Source: a virus (lineage: Duplodnaviria; Caudoviricetes). Taken from it: a stretch of DNA of 32,026 nt. Position numbers and translations under genes: made by a program. Shown here one piece after another: positions 8,624 to 17,335 of this stretch. The stretch spans positions 1-32,026 of IMG/VR virus record IMGVR_UViG_3300014202_000360; one strand, written 5' to 3'. Position 1 is the stretch's first letter. The number at the start of each line of letters is the position of its first letter. The notes below the pieces were generated by a model. The model did no database searches, was not told the origin of the DNA, and was given only the letters and a program-made list of their open reading frames with translations.

Positions 8624-11149
8624 TCAGAATGTCAGAAGGACGCCGCCGCGCCCCAGCTTGCGGTTGTTCAGCCTCGGCCGCCCGCCGTAGGACAGTTGGA
8701 ACGCCCGCGCGAAAATCGCCCCGGCGACGTTCCCATCCGGGAATGTCCAGTTGTAGTCTCCGTAGGGCGGAAGGTCTCCGTCCTCGACGCCCATTCCCGC
8801 GCCCGTGCAGTCCCACTGATTGGCATACATGTGCGCGCCCGACAGCCCGAGCTTGATGCAGGTGTTGGCGAAGTCGCGGAACTGGTAGCCCGTGATTTTG
8901 TCTCCCGCGAAGTCCGGCGGGCCAACGCGGACGCCGAGGTAAAGCTGAATGGCCGGGAAATAGTGCTGATAGGCGCGCACCGCCTGACGCGGATCATAGC
9001 CGTTGCCAGCGTCGTAGGTCATGAGGTGGAAGAAATCCAAGGCGGCATACGCCTCTGCATCCCGCCAGATGCAGTGGTTATACCCGCTGTTCCATCCCAG
9101 GCCCGGCGGAGCGAAGGTATAGTCCCCCTCCCCGTAGGCGCCGACGTGATTGGCATTGAACCCCAGCAGGAACGGGCGCGGGAATTGAGTGCGGAACTGC
9201 TTGATGACCCGAACCATTTCCTCGTCGGTGTAGCAGCGGCGTTCGCCGTCCACCGTGTAGCAGTGGTATTCAAGCTCTGGATGCTCTAGCCCGTAGACCA
9301 CCTCGTAGTCGATCACGATGCCGTCCAGCCCCATGTCATTGCAGAACCGCTGATGCGCCTCCAGGTGCTCCGTCGCCATGTCATACCAACCGCCCGGCTG
9401 GCTCGGGTGGGGATACTGGAAGGTGAAATTCCACTGCTGGATGCCGAGGAAAATCTTGATGCCAGGGACCCTTTGCCGCAGCAGAGCCAGGGTGTCCTGT
9501 AGCAGCGAAGCCGACGCCGGCCACTGTATCCCCATAGTGTCGATCAGATTGCTCGACGTATCGACGTACGTAGCCTGAACCTTGGCCACGAACAGAACAA
9601 CGCCACGCATGTAATTGGGCAGGTTTGCCAGATAGAAGTCATCCGGCTGCATATACTCGACCGGCATTTGAGGCCAATCGTGCCACATTTCGTGGTAGGC
9701 GTGGAACTCCTGCCCGGTAGGCGTCGGTGCGGCCTCGAAGACCGCGGTCCCGGCCTGCTCAAGAGCATCCTCGGTAATCGCCCCGACGCCCTCATAGTCC
9801 GCGGCGCCAGCCCGATCCGCGACCCACTCCATGACCAGCGTCAGTGACGACGTGAACGCAGCCGGCGTCAGCACGAGGGAGAAGCCGGGCGCCCCCACCC
9901 CGGTGAAAACCCACGTCGCAAGCTGCGTCGGCGGGTCCTCCCCGTTCGTGCCCGGCTCATTAACGAACTCGATCTGGTCCCACCCGTAGCTGGCCACAGT
10001 CGAGTTGTAGGTGTGGCTCGCGACCTGGATGGCGAGCATGAGCGACCCGGCCGCACTGTCATCGAGCGCGCAGTCCACCGCGTTGCCCTGCTGGCTGGAC
10101 ACGTGCCGGACCCCGATCACGCCCGACCCACCGGAAAGGGCGATCAACGCGACGTTCACATAGCCGACGTTGCCGGTGAAGCCATCGGTCGAGAAGGTCT
10201 GCACTCCGGTCGGCGGGTTCATCAGGATCGCGGTCGAGAACTGCGCGCTGATCGTGACGTTCCGCTCATGGAACTGTGGCAGGAACCGTAGCGGCACCCC
10301 GCCATAGGTGGTTGGTCCAACGACCGCATCCGTCACGGTATCGCCCGATGAGTTGGACCGCATGATGACCGCAATCAGCACGTCGCCAGCGGCCACGTCG
10401 AACGTGAAGGTCGCGGTAGCCGCGCCTGGTCGATCCAGCTTTTCGACATGCGAGGCCGTCACGGTCACGTCAGCAACCGGGATTGCCGTTCCGGTCTGCG
10501 TGACCTCGTAGGCAAAACAATGGAGGTTAAAGTATGTGCTAATCTCCGAAAGCTCGATCGTCGCGCTACCCGAAGCGGTGCCATCGCGTTGCACTGCCAG
10601 CGCTGACATGTTGGTTTCTGCGTCGCGGCCTAGCTCCGTCCACCCGGCGCTGTCGATCGTCATTGTCGTCGGCTCGTCGCCGAATGTGGTGAAGCCCCCG
10701 AACACCACGACGGACCCGGATAGAATGCCGCTGATCGTGGTTTCGCCGCTCAGGACGGGGGAAGCATATGTGCCGTATTCATCCGTCACCATCTGGCCAA
10801 AGCGCAGATTTGAGCCGGAGTAGGACGCGGCGAAGACACTGGTCCACCCGCAATAGTTCGGCGTGGGGGACACCACAAGGTCATGCGGGTCGCTATCCGG
10901 ACTGGCGATCTCGAAGGCATAGAGCGCCACCGCGCCGGGGCTTCCGACGTTCAGTTGCGGCGTGGTGACCAGCTTCCCGACCTGGCCGTTGTAGATCACC
11001 GCTGGGGCCGGGTCCGCGTCACTCTCCCAGCAAACCACAACCGCCATAAAGTCCGCGCCGCCCGCGTCGAAGGATACCGTCCCTGGGATTGAGGATGACA
11101 CCTGAGACGGGAACGAGTGGACCAGCGAGGCTACCAGCGAGACAGCCAT
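8624..11149 (-). CDS. Virion accessory / receptor-binding protein: two beta-sandwich-like repeats plus a C-terminal GH18 (chitinase-like) domain
   Basis: C-terminal part (from about 9712) has LDGIVIDYE (9302-9325 region; GH18 DxxDxDxE-like) and LMTYD motifs; located in the structural operon. Confidence 0.7.
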   Translation of the reverse strand: MAVSLVASLVHSFPSQVSSSIPGTVSFDAGGADFMAVVVCWESDADPAPAVIYNGQVGKLVTTPQLNVGSPGAVALYAFEIASPDSDPHDLVVSPTPNYCGWTSVFAASYSGSNLRFGQMVTDEYGTYASPVLSGETTISGILSGSVVVFGGFTTFGDEPTTMTIDSAGWTELGRDAETNMSALAVQRDGTASGSATIELSEISTYFNLHCFAYEVTQTGTAIPVADVTVTASHVEKLDRPGAATATFTFDVAAGDVLIAVIMRSNSSGDTVTDAVVGPTTYGGVPLRFLPQFHERNVTISAQFSTAILMNPPTGVQTFSTDGFTGNVGYVNVALIALSGGSGVIGVRHVSSQQGNAVDCALDDSAAGSLMLAIQVASHTYNSTVASYGWDQIEFVNEPGTNGEDPPTQLATWVFTGVGAPGFSLVLTPAAFTSSLTLVMEWVADRAGAADYEGVGAITEDALEQAGTAVFEAAPTPTGQEFHAYHEMWHDWPQMPVEYMQPDDFYLANLPNYMRGVVLFVAKVQATYVDTSSNLIDTMGIQWPASASLLQDTLALLRQRVPGIKIFLGIQQWNFTFQYPHPSQPGGWYDMATEHLEAHQRFCNDMGLDGIVIDYEVVYGLEHPELEYHCYTVDGERRCYTDEEMVRVIKQFRTQFPRPFLLGFNANHVGAYGEGDYTFAPPGLGWNSGYNHCIWRDAEAYAALDFFHLMTYDAGNGYDPRQAVRAYQHYFPAIQLYLGVRVGPPDFAGDKITGYQFRDFANTCIKLGLSGAHMYANQWDCTGAGMGVEDGDLPPYGDYNWTFPDGNVAGAIFARAFQLSYGGRPRLNNRKLGRGGVLLTF

Positions 11150-11151
11150 GT

Positions 11152-11553
11152 CTAGGCCCCCGTTGGCACGGTGTAGGCGAACGCGGTCACATCCACCACG
11201 CCGCCCTCGACAAGCGTCACGGTGTCCAGTTTCAACTCCCCGGCGCCCGCCATGGTGGACAGGGTAACGACCAGGTGCATGTCATCCGCCCGGTTCGCGA
11301 AGCGTGCCCAGGCCGCTGTGCCGGACGTGGCCACGGTCCCGAACCATTGGCCGTCCATGGCGATTACGCCGCCGGATGCGACCTCGAACGCGACCGCCGG
11401 CAGGAGGATTTCGCACAGGAGCGTCCCATCCGAGATGTCATCCGGCGTGGCGCCGGGCGTGCCCGCGTAGACCTCAAGCAGCCCGTCTGAGAACGTGTCG
11501 GCCACGATCTGCGCCATGGCATTGGCGAGTTCATCCGTCATGCGCTGGGTCAT
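11152..11553 (-). CDS. Hypothetical virion structural protein
   Basis: 133 aa; LEVYAGTPGATPD....GTLL.EI.LP..AF...SGG...GTAAWARF is a recurrent phage structural pattern. ATGA-coupled. Confidence 0.65.
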   Translation of the reverse strand: MTQRMTDELANAMAQIVADTFSDGLLEVYAGTPGATPDDISDGTLLCEILLPAVAFEVASGGVIAMDGQWFGTVATSGTAAWARFANRADDMHLVVTLSTMAGAGELKLDTVTLVEGGVVDVTAFAYTVPTGA

Positions 11554-12320
11554 TCTGGTGCCGCCACCTGATAGGCGATCGAGGCAATCCAGGTCGCGCC
11601 GCTATCGGTCGTCAGGGCCTGGATGACATCCGTTGCGCCCGCCGCCGTGGACAGCGAAGGCGAGAAACCACCCTGCCAGCGGAAGCTGTCCGGCCATGTG
11701 ATGGTGCGGATGCCCGTGTCATCCTGGGTCGCCATGATCAGCACCGAGACCAGACGGTTCGGCCGGGAGAAGGTCGCCATCGTGATTTCGGTGTCCGCCG
11801 CACCCAGGATGAGCGTGTGCGCGCGGGCCGCCGTGGCGTCGATTTCGATTGCCCCGCTGGTGACCGTGCCGTGGTCGTCAACGTCCGGCATGTAGACCTC
11901 ATCGCCGTCATCCGGGAGCACGTAGTCGGAAACCACGGTATCGGACCCGGGCGCGATGTTGACGAAGCCGGCGGCAAGGGCGGTGATCCCCGAACCCAGA
12001 TCAAGGTGGATCGTGTGGCGGTAGCGGCCCTGCAAGTCGGTCGTGTCCGCCGCCGCAACAGGGATGTTCAGGCGGCCATCGACCGCGCTGTAGACCGTCC
12101 CGCCGACCTCCGTCAGCACTTCGCCGCTCGCCTCGTCGATGATCGAAAGCGTCACCCCGGCGTCCGACACGTTCGTCGGCTCGGCCGCCGCATCGCTGTC
12201 GTAGACCGTCAGTTCCAGGGTGAAATCGTCCCCGGAGGTAACCGCGAAGTCCCGGCGCGGACGCCGCAGAGGCGAGCGAGCGGCGCGGGCGACGGAGAGG
12301 GGGATGGCGTATCCGGTCAT
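11550..12320 (-). CDS. Virion protein with a BppU-like N-terminal Ig domain and a C-terminal tail-fibre-type module
   Basis: GDDFTLELTVYD...TNVS...GRY.H.I N-domain and TQDDTG.RTITWP..F.W.GG..PSLST.AGATDVI C-domain. Confidence 0.6.
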   Translation of the reverse strand: MTGYAIPLSVARAARSPLRRPRRDFAVTSGDDFTLELTVYDSDAAAEPTNVSDAGVTLSIIDEASGEVLTEVGGTVYSAVDGRLNIPVAAADTTDLQGRYRHTIHLDLGSGITALAAGFVNIAPGSDTVVSDYVLPDDGDEVYMPDVDDHGTVTSGAIEIDATAARAHTLILGAADTEITMATFSRPNRLVSVLIMATQDDTGIRTITWPDSFRWQGGFSPSLSTAAGATDVIQALTTDSGATWIASIAYQVAAPE

Positions 12321-13129
12321 ACTGGCGGCCTCGCTTCTTCAACCACGCGGGCACCCTTCCTCCGGTTATCTGAGCGCCACAAAGGCTGTATATTGGTGAA
12401 GTGAAAGCACGCCGATTGCTGCTCCGGGATGCGAAGGTCAAAACTCGCACAGGGGATGATATGATCCAGGTCCCATTCGGACCGATTATCCCAACTCATA
12501 CCCGAGAGGAATTGTGCGGCGATGTGGTCTCGGAAATCAGATGGGCTACAGCCCACCAGGGCCGCGCTGTTCATCGTTCGCACCGCACCCTGTGCAAAAA
12601 GCGCTTTCCTCAGCCTTACGCGCAATCGGCAGACTAACGCATAAGTCGGATCGGACGCACGGCGCTCTTTCGCTCTCGCGTTTATTACGGGTAGGCGAGA
12701 CCTCTGATACTCCTTCGCCCGATCCTTTGTTGCCTGATAGCGCGCGGCAGAAGTTGCGCGCACCCGATCTCGGTTCTTGGCCACCCAAGCGCGACCAGTT
12801 GCGAAGTGCGCCACCTTGTTGGCGGCATAATAAGCCTTGCGCCTGGCATTCTGTTCGGCGCGGTTCTTCTTATGCCATTCAGCGCTGCGTGCTTTCGCCT
12901 TCTGAGGATTTGCCTCAGCCCAGGCCTTGGCACGAGCGACGTTCTGTGTTTTCGCTAATGCCAATTCTTCCGGGGAAGCAAGAGCCAATCGCTTTTCCTT
13001 GGCCTCCGCTTCGGTCTTGGATCGATACCCCTTATTTTTGGCCCGCCACGCGGCCCTATACGCCCGCATTTTTTCGGGATCTCGAATTCGAGTATTCTGC
13101 ATCCCACATTTATACATCGAATTTAGCAT
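12317..13129 (-). CDS. Free-standing HNH-type (endonuclease VII-like) homing endonuclease
   Basis: Basic repetitive N-terminus; C-terminal LVGCS...H...QF..GMSWDN...WDLDHIIPC..FDL......CFHFTNIQPLW..DN..KG. Lower GC than flanks; start at the TGATG overlap at 13129. Confidence 0.85.
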   Translation of the reverse strand: MLNSMYKCGMQNTRIRDPEKMRAYRAAWRAKNKGYRSKTEAEAKEKRLALASPEELALAKTQNVARAKAWAEANPQKAKARSAEWHKKNRAEQNARRKAYYAANKVAHFATGRAWVAKNRDRVRATSAARYQATKDRAKEYQRSRLPVINARAKERRASDPTYALVCRLRVRLRKALFAQGAVRTMNSAALVGCSPSDFRDHIAAQFLSGMSWDNRSEWDLDHIIPCASFDLRIPEQQSACFHFTNIQPLWRSDNRRKGARVVEEARPPV

Positions 13130-14718
13130 CAATAGTATACCGAACGGACCTGATTTCCCGCCGACGGCAGGGCGATTAACCGCCTTATTTCGCGCTCTCC
13201 TTCGAGCCACCCGCCTTGAACTGGCCCGACGGGCTGCCCCACCTCAGGCGCCAATCTCTCGGCCGCCATCAACACGTAAGGCATCTCTGCATAGTCCGGT
13301 ATTGAGAGAATATCCCATCGCGTCAGTCCCCGCGCATCTAGACTGATATGCACCTCTCGCACCTTTTCCTCGGCCATGGCCTGTCCGGTCGCGCCTGCCA
13401 TGGCGAACTGACGCACCAGCGCAACCGCAGAGGCATAGCCCGCGTCATTCGCCGGGCGGCCGAACGTAGGCGCCAGGCGAGCCGCCGCCATGGTCGCGTA
13501 ATGCGTCGAGGCGCCCTCGGGGATGGCCGAAATTAGCCACGTGACATAGCCCAGGGCGTTGAGGGATTGATGCGCCGCCGTGACCTCGGCCTCGGCCAGT
13601 GTCTGGGCATTGGATCCCGACAGACACAGGGTTCGCAGCGTGGCCAGGGCAGCGTCAGACCCGGCAGGATCAGCGGGCAGCCCGACCGTCGGCGCCATGA
13701 GGGACGCGGCCATGGTCACGTAATGGGAGACGGCATACTCGGGGATCACGGACGATGCCCAGGTGATCAGGTTCATGCCGGCCAGTTGGTCATGCACCGC
13801 CGTCACATGCTCAAGCGCGAGGGCCTGCCCGGTTGTGCCGGACAGGATCACGCGCCGGATCATGTTCGCGGCGTTCTGGTAGGCGTCCTCGGGAATGTCG
13901 CGGCCATACGCCTTGGACAGCCGCGCGGCGGCCATCTCGGCATAATAGGAGGCGACAGAGGGGGGAATTGCGGAGGTTGCCCATGTGACGAAGCCCATGC
14001 CCCGCACGAACTCGTGCGCGGCGGTCACCTCTGCCTCGGCAAGCGCCTGGCCGGCGGCACCGGAAAGGGCGATCGACCGCACGCTCGCGAAAGCGGCGTC
14101 GAACATGGCAGCGTCGGTGGGTTGGCCGAACGCGGGCGCGATCAGATGCGCGGCCATAATCGTGTAATGCTCGGCCACGGAATTGGGGATCACCGAGGAT
14201 GCCCACGTGATGAGGTTGGCCGCGGCGAGCATCTCATGCACCGCCGTTACCTTTTCCTCGGCCAAGGTCGTATCGGCCGTCACGGGCGTTTCGTCTGCCG
14301 CAACGACGTTCAGCCGCCTCAGCGCCCGCGTGGCAACGGCGGCAACGGTCGTCGTCCCGGCGTTGGCCGTCGCGTCCGCTTCGCTGATCGTGTTGGTCCC
14401 GAGCAGCCGCAGCACGCGGGCCGCGATCACCGCGACCGTGACGTTGCTGCCCACCGTTGGCCAGCCGGCAGGGGCAACCGGGATCAGGCCAAGGCGTTGC
14501 AGGACACGCCGCACAACGTCTGCGGCGGCCTGCGTTCCACTATTCGCTGTGGCGCTTGCCTCGGCTACGGGGTTGATGCCCAGCAGCCTCAGCGTGTTTG
14601 AGGCGATCACCGCCAGCGCCACGGTCGACCCCGACGAGGGCCGGCTTGCCACTGCTACCGGAGCCAAGCCAGTCTTCCTGAGCGCCCGCGCTGCCAGTTG
14701 CGCTACCGTCGCTGTCAT
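13129..14718 (-). CDS. Head-tail adaptor (P22 gp4-like position and fold) with five-fold internal multiplication
   Basis: Located after the capsid and decoration genes. The unit TVA..ATRALRRL.VVAADETP...AEEKV..VH..L....L..W....IP......Y..MAA..LAP.FG and the terminal V..YY resemble short adaptors. Confidence 0.7.
   Translation of the reverse strand: MTATVAQLAARALRKTGLAPVAVASRPSSGSTVALAVIASNTLRLLGINPVAEASATANSGTQAAADVVRRVLQRLGLIPVAPAGWPTVGSNVTVAVIAARVLRLLGTNTISEADATANAGTTTVAAVATRALRRLNVVAADETPVTADTTLAEEKVTAVHEMLAAANLITWASSVIPNSVAEHYTIMAAHLIAPAFGQPTDAAMFDAAFASVRSIALSGAAGQALAEAEVTAAHEFVRGMGFVTWATSAIPPSVASYYAEMAAARLSKAYGRDIPEDAYQNAANMIRRVILSGTTGQALALEHVTAVHDQLAGMNLITWASSVIPEYAVSHYVTMAASLMAPTVGLPADPAGSDAALATLRTLCLSGSNAQTLAEAEVTAAHQSLNALGYVTWLISAIPEGASTHYATMAAARLAPTFGRPANDAGYASAVALVRQFAMAGATGQAMAEEKVREVHISLDARGLTRWDILSIPDYAEMPYVLMAAERLAPEVGQPVGPVQGGWLEGEREIRRLIALPSAGNQVRSVYY
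13171..14280 (-). repeat. Five degenerate 74-aa (222-bp) tandem repeats
   Basis: Invariant H at aa 161/235/309/383/457 and W at aa 172/246/320/394/468, plus IP, Y and MAA in every copy. Confidence 0.92.
14269..14718 (-). repeat. Five degenerate 30-aa (90-bp) tandem repeats
   Basis: L-R/Q-R/K/L-x-G/N motif with G at aa 17, 47, 77, 107 and N at aa 137. Confidence 0.85.
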
Positions 14719-14875
14719 CAGGCGTCTCCACGAAGAACCGAATGCCCCTCAACTTCCGTTCAAGGAACAGGTCGTTGACAGGGACGGGAGCGCCGAGGGG
14801 GAACATCACGCCATACATGTTGATGGTCGCAATATCCCCGCACTCGTCACCACCTATGAAGGTGAACAGGGGCAT
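14540..14875 (-). CDS. Small hypothetical head-module protein
   Basis: TGATG-coupled to the decoration gene; G..FP.G.PV.V....L.RKLRG..FF pattern. The last ~59 codons overlap the adaptor gene. Confidence 0.6.
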   Translation of the reverse strand: MPLFTFIGGDECGDIATINMYGVMFPLGAPVPVNDLFLERKLRGIRFFVETPDDSDGSATGSAGAQEDWLGSGSSGKPALVGVDRGAGGDRLKHAEAAGHQPRSRGKRHSE

Positions 14876-15330
14876 CAGGCGGTCGGGGGTTCCAACGTCT
14901 CATAGAGGACGTTGCCGATCAGGGTGCCCGCAACCGCAGTGCCCGGCGCCGTGATGACGGTTGCAATCACTGCGGTCCGCGCGGTGTAGCCGGTATGCTC
15001 GGCCATCGTCTTCGAGCTGGTGGCGTTGTTGCCGAACGAGACGCGCGACGCCGTTTGCCCAACCGTGCCGCCGTTCAGAAAGCGATCGGGATCAGCCGCG
15101 TCACCCACGGCCAGAACCAGCGCGGGAGACGCCGCGCTATCCATGTCGGTGCCGACGATGAACCCGTCGATGACCCGGCTGTTCGGGGGCAGGTAGCCAA
15201 TGGTGAAAGTGGCGTCCTGCACCAGATCGGCGGTTCCGATGGTCACAATGTTGGACGCAACGCCGACCATCTTCGCGGGCGGGGAAAACGACGGCCCCGT
15301 CGCGCTGTTCGTTTCGGAATAGGTAGCCAT
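14875..15330 (-). CDS. Putative capsid decoration / minor capsid protein
   Basis: Follows the MCP; AAGGAG RBS; LPPNSRVID....TDMDS.....L.VGD..D.DRF pattern. Confidence 0.7.
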   Translation of the reverse strand: MATYSETNSATGPSFSPPAKMVGVASNIVTIGTADLVQDATFTIGYLPPNSRVIDGFIVGTDMDSAASPALVLAVGDAADPDRFLNGGTVGQTASRVSFGNNATSSKTMAEHTGYTARTAVIATVITAPGTAVAGTLIGNVLYETLEPPTA

Positions 15331-15361
15331 GAGGATTGCTCCTTGAGGGGATCAGGGAAGG

Positions 15362-15381
15362 AAGCCCGGTTGCCCGGGCTT
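15362..15381 (-). terminator. Hairpin immediately after the major capsid gene (weak terminator or stabilising stem)
   Basis: AAGCCCGG-GCAA-CCGGGCTT: 8-bp stem with a GNRA loop, followed by CCTTCCCT rather than a strong U-tract. Confidence 0.55.
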
Positions 15382-15385
15382 GGGA

Positions 15386-16477
15386 TCAGCTATCGGGCTG
15401 AGCAACGAACCAGCCGGTCACCATGCCCCAATCCTTCGGGGTGGTGGTGTCCGATGCGCCCGTGCCGAACCGCAGCTTTTCGACGCCACGGATGTCCTCG
15501 ATCCCGATCGGCAGGATGCGGCCATAGTCGCGGGGCGTGTCCTCGACGGACCGGGTGCGTTGCGCGGAGGCATAGGCGAGCGCCTGAGTGCCGCAGAGGA
15601 TGCACGGGCCAACGTCGACCGCCGCGCCGCTGCCAAGGTCCGCATAGACCGGCATCTGCTCGACTTCCTTGATGATCACGCCGTCCCAGATCAGATCGCC
15701 GCCCGTGAACAGCGGGTTCTTCTCCCCGCGCTGCAAGGCGTCCCGGTTGGCCTGCGTCATGGTCGAGTTGTTGGCCAGATCGCGGAATGAGAGGGAGTTG
15801 CAGAACAGGACGAACCATTCCTCGTCCTGCATGACCGTGACGGGCTGGATGTAGGGATCGGCCGTCTTGGCGATGCGCTTCATGAGGCTGATCGCAGCCG
15901 GCGTCAGCAGGTCATCGGTCGCGTCCAGAGTGGCCAGCGCGGTTGCGTGGACGTTGCTCACGGCATTCGACTTGAGCTTGCCGAACAGCACGCGGTCGGA
16001 GTTGTTCGTCAGCCACGTGTTGCGCTGCGCTGCGGTGGCATCCGCGAACGCGACACCGTCAATGGACAGCATGGCCTCGATGATATCGTCGCGGAACGTC
16101 TCCATCTGCCACTTCTTCAACGCGGACCGGCCGGCGTTGCGCAGGTCGATGTCGGTCTTGATCTGCTCGGTTTTCGTGTCGATCGCGACCGCGTTGCGGA
16201 TGAGTTCCACATACACCCGCATCGAGCGGTTGTTCAGGAACTCCTCGTTGTTGCTGAGCGTGGTCGCGCCGCGAGTGGCGTCGTTCTTGAGTCGGCCGAT
16301 CATCTGCCAGGTCAGGCTATCGCCCGCGACCTTGGCGAGCTGCTCCTTCATGTGAATGATCGAGCCTTCGCCCGTGCCGATGAACGGGGCGAACTTGTTG
16401 TCGCGGATGAACTCGACGAAGAACTTTTCGTCCCACTGCTGGACCCGAAGGCCGTCCCGCACCAGTGTGGTTGCCAT
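15386..16477 (-). CDS. Major capsid protein (N4-gp56 / DUF4043-like)
   Basis: 363 aa after the scaffold; GD.LT..M..RL...G...L.NNEE, RNAV, NPLFTGGDLIWDGVIIKE, LCG.QAL and D.GMV motifs. Confidence 0.9.
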   Translation of the reverse strand: MATTLVRDGLRVQQWDEKFFVEFIRDNKFAPFIGTGEGSIIHMKEQLAKVAGDSLTWQMIGRLKNDATRGATTLSNNEEFLNNRSMRVYVELIRNAVAIDTKTEQIKTDIDLRNAGRSALKKWQMETFRDDIIEAMLSIDGVAFADATAAQRNTWLTNNSDRVLFGKLKSNAVSNVHATALATLDATDDLLTPAAISLMKRIAKTADPYIQPVTVMQDEEWFVLFCNSLSFRDLANNSTMTQANRDALQRGEKNPLFTGGDLIWDGVIIKEVEQMPVYADLGSGAAVDVGPCILCGTQALAYASAQRTRSVEDTPRDYGRILPIGIEDIRGVEKLRFGTGASDTTTPKDWGMVTGWFVAQPDS

Positions 16478-16482
16478 GGTTG

Positions 16483-17238
16483 CTACCCTTTGAAGCGCAC
16501 AATTTTATCGAGTGGCATCGGCCCGTTCGGTTCGGAGGCAGTGCGGCCTACGGAACGGGTTGTCGCCAGACTTGTGGGCAGCGGGGTTGCTTCGAGCACG
16601 GGGGCGGCAGGCGGCTTGCCTTGCATTTCGGCCATGATTTCGGCGCGGACACGCTCGCGATACGCTGCGGGATCGTCACCAATCTCGCGTTGTGCCTCGA
16701 TCTTCTGCGCCTGCTGATACATCCAGGCCCACGGGTGCGGCTGCGCTCGCAGCTTGTCCGCTAGGCCCGGATCGGCCTTTGCTGCCTCCTGAAACACCGC
16801 GAGCTTGGCGTCTACGTCCGTGTATTTCTCGCGGGCCATCATTTCGGACACGTTCAACCGTTCGTTGAACGCCGCGTCCGCGATTGCCGCGCGATACCCG
16901 GCCGGATCAGCTACCGGGTCGGGAAGCGGTCGCGCTTCCTGTGCGGGGGGCTGTTTTTCGACGCTCGCCAGCCGGGCGCGAAGCTCGGCCATTTCGGTTT
17001 CAAGGGCCTGCCGTTTGGTGCGCTCGTCTTTCAGCGCGGTCAGCGGCACGTGGGCCGGTTCAATCTCCGCAGCCGGCGGCGCTGCTGGTGGTTCGCCCGT
17101 CTCCGCTGGCGCCTCGGGTGCCGGGACCGGATCAGGCTGCCCACCTGTCGGTTCGTCACGCGTCGGTTCTTCGCGGCTGAGAATGTCGGCAAGCGGCTGC
17201 GGGGTGAAATCACCCGAGCCGGTTTCTGTGTCGCTCAT
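16483..17238 (-). CDS. Capsid scaffolding protein
   Basis: Between portal and MCP; acidic Pro-rich N-terminus, VP..AL..ER.KRQ coiled coil, EIG.DP.AY, LP.SLA. Start chosen at MSDTETG (AGGA upstream). Confidence 0.85.
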   Translation of the reverse strand: MSDTETGSGDFTPQPLADILSREEPTRDEPTGGQPDPVPAPEAPAETGEPPAAPPAAEIEPAHVPLTALKDERTKRQALETEMAELRARLASVEKQPPAQEARPLPDPVADPAGYRAAIADAAFNERLNVSEMMAREKYTDVDAKLAVFQEAAKADPGLADKLRAQPHPWAWMYQQAQKIEAQREIGDDPAAYRERVRAEIMAEMQGKPPAAPVLEATPLPTSLATTRSVGRTASEPNGPMPLDKIVRFKG

Positions 17239-17256
17239 GTTGTTCCTGCGCTGCAA

Positions 17257-17330
17257 CGCCCGGAAGCCCGGCGGCGGCATGACCATTGACGCTGGTCACC
17301 CACGATGCGCCCGGAAGTGCCCCGGCGGCG
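17257..17330 (-). promoter_or_regulatory. Structured leader of the scaffold gene: two near-identical bulged hairpins flanking a third hairpin
   Basis: Direct repeat CGCCCGGAAG(TG)CCCGGCGGCGG at 17257-17277 and 17308-17330, with TGACCA-N7-TGGTCA at 17280-17298. Confidence 0.6.
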
Positions 17331-17335
17331 GGCTG

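Noticed and set aside
13171-14280. DGR template/variable repeat interpretation of the adaptor repeats
   Set aside because: The repeats are in-frame, protein-level and diverged at all bases rather than at adenines only, and there is no reverse transcriptase in the window.
14540-14725. Possible frameshift at the end of the small head gene (an out-of-frame TGATG at the adaptor start)
   Set aside because: No slippery site; a low-complexity overlapping tail is a simpler explanation.
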